A stretch of DNA of 64,000 nucleotides from the human T2T-CHM13v2.0 reference genome, Homo sapiens: assembly GCF_009914755.1 (NCBI RefSeq), contig NC_060932.1; one strand, 5' to 3'. Below the pieces are notes generated by a model, which was given only the letters and a program-made list of their open reading frames with translations, was not told where the DNA came from and made no database searches. The position numbers were made by a program, and so were the translations under genes. This document shows, one piece after another, positions 57,526 through 64,000 of the stretch; position 1 is the first letter of the stretch; every line of letters begins with the position of its first letter.

Positions 57526-57738
<213 letters not shown>

Positions 57739-58342
57739 GAGGGCTAAAAGCCATGTCTTGTTTATGTCCGTGCCACCACTGCCAAACATTTGGGTTGGTA
57801 TGTATACCACAACATATTTTCTGCATAAATGAGAGAATTACAGATTAATGCTTTTAATTAATGCGAGGCAACATAGAAAGCAGGAGACAAATGATCAGAT
57901 GCCATTTCGTCTGGAGCTCTTGAGAAACTAAATCATGCACAAATGAGATCAGCCAGCCTCTAAGCTGCAAGAAGCAAGGTGGCACGGAATCTTCCAGTCA
58001 ACCTCTGAGTGAAAGAATCAAAATGTATAGTACAGAGATCACAGATTACAAAATGTCTCAAAACTTGTCATCAACGCCCATGTTGGTTACTTATTTCTCG
58101 TAGCCATATCTGCACGGCATGTGCACCAAGTTGGCCAGGCTGGTCTCGAACTCCTGACCTCGGCCTCCCAAAGTGCTGGGATTACAGGCATGAGCCACCG
58201 CGCCCGGCCCCTTTTCTTCTAAGAATTCATCTTACAATTTCAGCCATCTCTGAATTTCACTTAGATGGGCCTCTTTGGTTGGAGGAACAGCGTGATAAGT
58301 CTTGATGTAAATTTTGACTTAGAAGTGTAATAGATAGTGTTC

Positions 58343-59157
<815 letters not shown>

Positions 59158-59324
59158 TTTCTTTTTCTTTTTTTACAAAATAAAATACACTAAGATTTGA
59201 AGAAATCTCACTCATCTTTAAAAAGATTCAATGGCAATGAATCACTTTTCTGCAAAGGCTGGAGTTAGGAGAACCCTTGGTTGATGGCTTTGTTAATTAT
59301 TATTATTATTATTTTTAAGATTCA

Positions 59325-59620
59325 GGTTCACACTTGTAATCCCAGCACATTGGGAGGCCAAGGTGGACAGATCACCTGAGTTCAGGAATTCGAGACCAGC
59401 CTAGCCAACATGGCAAAACTCCATCCCTACTAAAAATACAAAAATTAGCCAGGTGTGGTGGCGCATGCCTGTAGTCCCAGCTACTCAGGAGGCTGAGGCA
59501 GGAGAATCACTTAAACCTGGGAGGGGAATGTTGAAGTGAACCAAGATTGTGCCACTGCACTCCAGCCTGGGTGACAGAGCAAGACTCTGTCTCAAAAAAG
59601 CAAACAAACAAAAAAACAAA
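59325..59620 (+). mobile_element. AluS
   Basis: Dimeric Alu, 5' end eroded, (AAAC)n tail. Confidence 0.9.
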
Positions 59621-60070
59621 TTGCACTGTTTGGTCAAGAATTCAATTCACGATAATCAAGCAGCTCCTAACACAGTTCTCTAGTCACATTTTCAGATTTA
59701 GCTTCTGTGGGGGAAAAAAAAGTCTGTATTTCCCTGTAGCTCTGTGAGATAAGCCTTCCATACCTCTCTTGGGTTACTATATTTGAAGGATTCCTGAGAT
59801 ATGGAATGAAAGAACTAGCAAAAAGCTATAATGATCACTCACATTTGATTTTAATTAGAGAAAAAAACAAATCTCTTGCTCTCCTCCCTCAGCTGGGATG
59901 GGATTCTTCTCCACGATGCCTCTATGGTTTCTTTCCTTGCCTTGAGTGCAAAGGCGATGTGTATTTTTCAGCGGGAAAGATGGCAAACATGCCCATCTCA
60001 ACACACATAACATTTTATTAAGTATATATATTATACAGAACCCCCCAAAAAATTTAAATGTGCTTTTTTT

Positions 60071-60206
60071 TTCTAGATCCCTGAGGAATCGCCACACTGA
60101 CTTCCACAATGCTTGAACTAGTTTACAGTCCCACCAACAGTGTAAACGTGTTCCTATTTCTCCACAGCCTCTCCAGCACCTGTTGTTTCCTGACTTTTTA
60201 ATGATC
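60071..60206 (-). mobile_element. Internal fragment of young L1PA ORF2 (C-terminal cysteine-rich region)
   Basis: Translates to [45 protein letters not shown], near-identical to L1 ORF2p; no 3' UTR. Confidence 0.95.
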
Positions 60207-61260
60207 ACACATACATTTTATTAAGTATATATACTAGCAGAACCCCCCCAAAAATTTAAATGTGCTTTTTAAAAAGGTTGGGCTGGTTTCAAATGTTCTC
60301 AGAACCAAAGCAACACACGCCTTTCAGAGCGCTGGAGAAAATGCTGTTGAACAAGCTCTCATGGCTCAACAGTGGAGATCTGAACAATGTATCTGACTAT
60401 TAACATAATTTGAGAAGAGAGGCTCCCTCTTAACCTGTATTTTTGGCTCACTCAAAAAAAGTGCTCCTGTCAGCCTTCAATTTCTCTACCTGGGTCTCTA
60501 GTCTGAGGACAGCATCCTTTTGGAAGACTTCAGCAATTTCTGTGGAGCCATGTTTAAATTGGGCAAGTGGAAAACTAACTCCCTTTAAGAAAAGTGGCAT
60601 TGTTTTGCAGTCAGGTAATTCCACGTGGGCTCACTGGTTACTTTCCATGGGAATAGTCTTTGAGGAAGAAAGGGCCTTTGTTGAGATTTGTTTTGTTTTG
60701 AGAACAGTCAATTGGTTCTTTCTACTCTTCCTTCTAGGGCGCCAATCTTTCCAAGGATAACCACAAAGTGCAAGCAAAAATAATGAAAAAGGAAAGAAAG
60801 AAAGAAAATCTGTATGCAAACCCAGGTTGTCATTATCTGGCGTTGTTTTCGGCCATTCTTGTCTTCTGACTCCTACCTGGCACACAGATCACTCCTGCCC
60901 ACTCCTGCCCATTACTCTCTATCTTGTACACGCCTTGCTGGTACATATGGAGGACCATGGAAGAAAAGCATTGCTGTAAATTTCCTCCTTCTCAAGGAAT
61001 CCTGCTCCCTGAGTTTCTGCTTAAGTGACTTCTCACCTTCAAACTCACTGAGGTTATTCTTGTTTGGCTTCAGATAAGTGGCTGAGATTTTATTTGTTCT
61101 CAATTGGTCTGTTTATCAGGGTAACTGTTTCAGTTTTCTTCAAGACAAATGATTAGATCCTTCGGTCTTTATCAGTATATTAAGTATGTTTTTCAGGTGT
61201 GGACTTAACTTTGCCCTCCACTCCCAGCAACCGTTTCCTTTCATAACTTGGGTGTAGTTT

Positions 61261-61262
<2 letters not shown>

Positions 61263-61298
<36 letters not shown>
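61263..61298. repeat. (CA)n microsatellite
   Basis: About 18 AC units. Confidence 0.95.
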
Positions 61299-61302
<4 letters not shown>

Positions 61303-61914
61303 TCAGAGTTATTTTGGAAAGTGTATTCTTTACCAGTGACACCAACCTCAAAAGAGTCAAGGATTCCTTAAAAAGGAGAAGATTTTATATATTAAGTCTG
61401 AATTGAGAAAGGGGGAAAGAAAGGAATAAAACAGAGAGTGATAGGAAAAATTAGGAGGTCTCAATGGATTGAAAAGGTAGCAACAAAGGACACTAAGTGT
61501 GCACAATGGCTGGGTTCTCTGTATTTTCTCATTTCATCCTTAAGACAACTTAGAGAGGTAAGAAACAGTTTTTTCTCTTTTAACAGAAGAAGAAATTGAA
61601 GTGGAGAAAGATAAGAAGCTTGGGGAAAAGCAATGAATGGTAGAATATCTCAATAAGCCAAACTATTTTCAACTTTTTACTTATGAAGTAACTAAGGTTC
61701 AGAGATGTAAAGCAATTTGCTCAAGGTTAACCAGCAAATCAGTAGAAGAGCTGTGATTCAAGCCAGGTGTGTTGCTCCAAAGTCATTTAAAGGCAAAAGC
61801 TGAAAAGCAGGAACTGGAAGGTGAATGAATATATACTGTGAGATGATCTTTTCCTAGTTTAAATAAATCTCAGCCAGCAGCCATCCAAAGAATCTACCGG
61901 AGGAGAAGTGCAGG

Positions 61915-62340
61915 CTTTTATTGCTCAGGATAGGCTAAGCTATGCTGCAATAATAAATAAAGCCTGAAATTTCAGTGGCTTATAAAAAACAAAAGAAGAA
62001 GAAAGAAAGAAAAAACATTTGATTCTTATTCACACAAGTCCACTGCTGGTCAAGCAACTCTGCAGTGCAGCTTTCTTTGGCACTTCCAGTATTCAGACTT
62101 CTTTCATCCTGTGGTTCCATCATCCCAATAGAACAATTCTATGGTCACCCCAAAGAAGAAAAGAAAAAAAGAGGAGACACAAAGCTCCTAATGACTTTGG
62201 CTGTGAAATAACACACATCATTGCCACTCACAGCCCATGGCCAGAACTAATCACTGGCACCAGCCTTCCTGCAAGGGAAGCCAGGAGATATAGGCAGCCC
62301 CTTGGGTATTTGGTGAGTGCTAAGTACAACTGTGCAACAC
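61915..62340 (-). mobile_element. MLT1I/J-like MaLR LTR
   Basis: tcaggataggctaagctatgctgcaataa...aaatttcagtggctt...catggccagaacta. Confidence 0.65.
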
Positions 62341-62362
62341 TCCCCAACTTTCCTTGGCCTCA

Positions 62363-62674
<312 letters not shown>

Positions 62675-63254
62675 TGAGTTTTTAATATCTGTGTAAAAAA
62701 TGAACACCATTGAACCTTAGTATAGGCTTTTTGGGAGTAGCAACAGGTTAAAGCAATTGCAGGATGCTTTCTTCAACAAAGTAGTAGCATCTGAAATTTG
62801 AGTCATGATGGGGATCTTTAGAAGCCCTAGGTATTCCTGAAAAATCTGGAGGTTACTGCTGCAGCCCTCATATGATGGTTTCAAAAAAAACTGCAGGAGA
62901 TCCTCCCACCTCCACATTTAAGAAAAACTGAGAACACCCACCTTTTCGACTGGTTTATGATGGGTTATCTTCAGAACAAAAGAAATATTCTAATTTCAGC
63001 GGCTTTCAAACAAACTGAGTGTTTAACACACAGGCCTTTTGATTCCCACAGGAGGAACCATCACATAAGCTTATATTGTTAAGCGAAATATGCCCAGGGT
63101 AGAATCTCATTCATAAGCCATTGGACTTGAGCTTAGGCAGAGATGATCCGTGAGCTGGATCCAAGGTAACATAGGAACTCAGGTTCCTCAAGTGCAGCCT
63201 CAGCTGCATTCATTTCATATACCTGCACCATGCCAGGCTCTGATTAGGTAAAAG

Positions 63255-63595
63255 AGTATTAGTCAATGCGTTTTGTTTTTTGCAAGTGACAGAAACCCAA
63301 CTCCCACTGGCTTCAAGCAAAATAGGGAATGTTTTGGCTCCTGTAACCAACCACTACCATATAGAGAAAGCCTGCTTGAGAATGAAGCCAGCCCAGAGGA
63401 AAGCTGGGCCAAGAGGAAAGGGCAGAGTTTTTAGGAGTTGACCAAAGCCCTTGATCCAACTGTACCTGAAGGAAACATGCAGTTGGGTAAGCAATAAATT
63501 TAAGATTTTAAAAATGTGTTGTATAATATTTTGTTTGCTTAGGCTTATTAGATACTAGTTTCTACTGTATACAACTGAAAGAGCCCCAGCCAATA
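63255..63595. mobile_element. Old MLT1K/L-like LTR ends in opposite orientations
   Basis: ttgcaagtgacagaaaccc...ctggcttcaagc (minus), then cttgatccaactgtacctgaag...caactgaaagagccc (plus). Confidence 0.5.
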
Positions 63596-64000
63596 AATAT
63601 GCTAAGTAAAGGACACAGTGAAGTTGTCCTATAAAAAAATGTCACTGACCTTGGTGTCTCTGTCTTTCCCAAGTCAGTGTTCATACATACCTATGTATTA
63701 AACTCCTACTAAATAACAAGCCCTGTTCTAGGTGCTTAAGATATAGAAGTGAAGACACACAAAGACTCTGCCATTGTGGAGTTTATATTCCAGTAGGGGA
63801 AATGTAAAACAAATAAATAGATAGGATGCCCAGTCTTAGGTCAAATGGGGAAGTTTGGTGATTACTGCTTTAATTCCAGGGAAGTCTCAATTCAGGGGAT
63901 ACCAATTGGCCTCATAATCTGACCCTAGAGAATGGTCAGTCTCTGGGTAAATGTCATCCTGATCTCTCATCCCCATAACTGAGATAGTACATTTCCTTTT

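Noticed and set aside
59855-60208. 117-aa ORF with a cysteine-rich motif
   Set aside because: The first ~45 aa are L1 ORF2p and the rest is read-through into flank; not a gene.
60443-61103. Protein-looking minus-strand frames (possible processed pseudogene or LINE relic)
   Set aside because: Frequent stops, no parent protein recognised, no poly(A) or TSD; it would need a tblastx hit.

Overview
Primate (most likely human or another catarrhine) non-coding genomic DNA. About half is interspersed repeat: roughly 32 Alu or Alu-monomer copies (J, S and Y types), old L1M/L1PB fragments, many MIR and L2 relics, ERVL/MaLR solo LTRs (MLT2A1, MLT2D, MLT1, LTR16/33-like) and DNA-transposon fossils (MER47A, Tigger3a, MER58A, MER5, MER94, MER102, MER104, MER45A, MADE1). 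I see no credible protein-coding exon, RNA gene or CpG island. The listed ORFs are Alu-derived or chance frames, except a 135-bp L1 ORF2 fragment at 60.07-60.21 kb. I cannot assign the locus. The strongest signals are structural scars of non-canonical insertion. (i) A ~500-bp Alu-spacer-Alu block was copied 1.7 kb downstream into another Alu (56.85 kb to 58.55 kb). (ii) An internal, essentially tail-less L1 fragment is flanked by a ~65-bp duplication (60.0-60.3 kb). (iii) An Alu appears to have captured ~230 bp of foreign DNA inside one target-site duplication (TSD) (13.4-14.0 kb). (iv) An L1PB shows a twin-priming inversion. Candidate functional elements, inferred from motifs only: a CArG+MEF2+TATA+Inr+DR2 module at 45.5-45.8 kb, a 21-nt minus-strand microexon with a UGC motif at 21970-21990, a CpG-retaining repeat-free block at 32.4-33.3 kb, and an intact MLT2A1 LTR. 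Repeat subfamily calls are made by eye from remembered consensus sequences and need RepeatMasker/Dfam confirmation. I find no evidence of a new gene system.
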